A DNA stretch of 51,672 bases, counting the filler, from Streblomastix strix (taxonomy: Eukaryota): NCBI GenBank assembly GCA_008636045.1. It is 3 parts of 3 records of this genome, joined end to end, with 100 filler letters (N's around TTAATTAATTAA, not from the genome) between each part and the next. Parts side by side here need not be neighbours in the genome. Positions count along the whole stretch, not along the records: positions 34,518 to 51,672 come from SNRW01000720.1; 2 more parts are not named here. One strand, 5' to 3'. Below the pieces are notes generated by a model that was given only the letters and a program-made list of their open reading frames with translations, was not told where the DNA came from and searched no databases. Numbering within the stretch: the stretch's first letter is position 1; the number at the start of each line of letters is the position of its first letter. Positions 50,679 through 51,672 of this stretch are shown in pieces. The position numbers were made by a program, and so were the translations under genes.

Positions 50679-51672
50679 CAATAAAAAATCAAATCGGTGT
50701 TGGTGAGGAAGGGGATGGTGCGGATGCAGCGTGCGAATAAATTTTTGATTCGCCTGCCAGCCCTGAACATGCGAGTTAAGCCACTACTCCAAGAAAACGG
50801 CATGCTAGATGGGGGCACCAACATTCTGGGAAATATATTTGTACAGAGGCAGGATGTGGATACAGAGCAATGAGCAAAAGCGATCTTGAAAAACACGCGC
50901 GCACGCACACGCGGGAGCGACCTTTCACTTGCAAAGCTTAAGGATGCAATAGAACATTTAGCCAGACATCTCATTTATACGAGCACATGCGAAAAGCTCA
51001 TGGAATGGACGTGACACAAACGCGAAAGAAAACACGAGCCAGTTCGATACCGAGGGTGCAAAGACATGTTTTTGTTTAAGAACTGAAAGATGCCGGTTAA
51101 TTTGATGGATTTAGCAGTGATTTTGACGATAAAGAGACGGATAGACAAACTGACAAGGAAGAGAAAGACAAAGAAATACAAGAACGACACCGTACTTTTC
51201 GAAATAAACATATTGATAGTATGATAATACCAGCAGGAATACGTAGTGCGCTCTAACAGCTTAATATTGATATAGATCCATCTGGGCAAACCTTGGGGTT
51301 TGCAATTGATTTTATCATTTTTATATTTTTTATTTTTCTCAATTTCTTTTTTATTTTTCTCAATTTCTTTTTTATTTTTCTCAATTTCTTTTCCTTTTTA
51401 TAATTTTGTTGATAATTTATCGTATAGGCCATGTAGATTACTTTCTCATTACTTTGGACCTACTATTGTTGAGAATCTTGAATAAGATTTGTTGTGTGTA
51501 GAATGTGGGAAAAAGTTGGAATTAGGGAAATGTTTTGCACTCCTTATTTTATTCAAAGATTTTTAAATATTTCTTTTTTCTTATTTTATTTGATTGAATT
51601 TTATTTGTTCAGTTGTGCGGTGTTATTTGTGCAAGGGGTGTTTCCATGCACATTGCTTTGCACCAACTGCTC
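50582..51672 (+). CDS. C2H2 zinc finger (x2) plus PHD finger protein, no start codon identified, truncated by contig end
   Basis: YICTEAGCGYRAMSKSDLEKHARTH-TRERP-FTCKAQGCNRTFSQTSHLYEHMRKAH (about 50834-51001), acidic tract, two GT-AG introns, then CVECGKKLELGKFVRCYLCKGCFHAHC (PHD Cx2C...Cx2Cx4Hx2C). Frame is open from 50582 with no ATG before the first finger. Confidence 0.8.
51328..51392. repeat. 21-bp tandem repeat x3 in an intron
   Basis: tttttatttttctcaatttct repeated three times. Confidence 0.85.

Noticed and set aside
51270..51460. PWWP domain suggested by IWANLG / PW.PCRL / YFG in mixed frames
   Set aside because: The spliced continuous frame reads SGQTLGPCRLLSHYFG; the PWWP-like words lie in different frames.
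197..51485. Most ORFs in the supplied six-frame track (poly-Lys, poly-Leu, antisense ORFs over the Cys-rich gene)
   Set aside because: Computed with TAR as stop and without splicing; they are off-frame or antisense shadows of real exons and repeats.

Overview
Very AT-rich, intron-rich eukaryotic nuclear DNA that uses the code TAA/TAG = Gln with TGA as the only stop, which is why the supplied ORF track is fragmented and mostly misleading. Code, intron size (about 50-200 nt) and gene families fit an oxymonad such as Streblomastix (inference). The window is three contigs (1-17160, 17261-34417, 34518-51672) joined by artificial N44-TTAATTAATTAA-N44 spacers, so nothing should be inferred across the joins. 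Contig 1: a FANCD2 orthologue followed by decayed mobile DNA, including two pogo-type DD35D transposases, one bounded by a 15-bp inverted repeat. Contig 2: a MITE, a kinesin remnant, a SPRY-like gene, a NEK kinase pseudogene, a triosephosphate isomerase remnant, an intact Cys-rich putatively GPI-anchored surface protein gene, and a decayed Polinton/Maverick-like endogenous virus segment (protein-primed PolB plus A32-type packaging ATPase) with a second MITE. Contig 3: a decayed DIRS-type retrotransposon, a roughly 50-intron N-acylated calpain-7-like protease gene, and a Nup98 autoprotease-domain fragment overlapping an ATG-less C2H2 plus PHD finger ORF. All translations were done by hand and all homology calls rest on motif recognition, not database searches.
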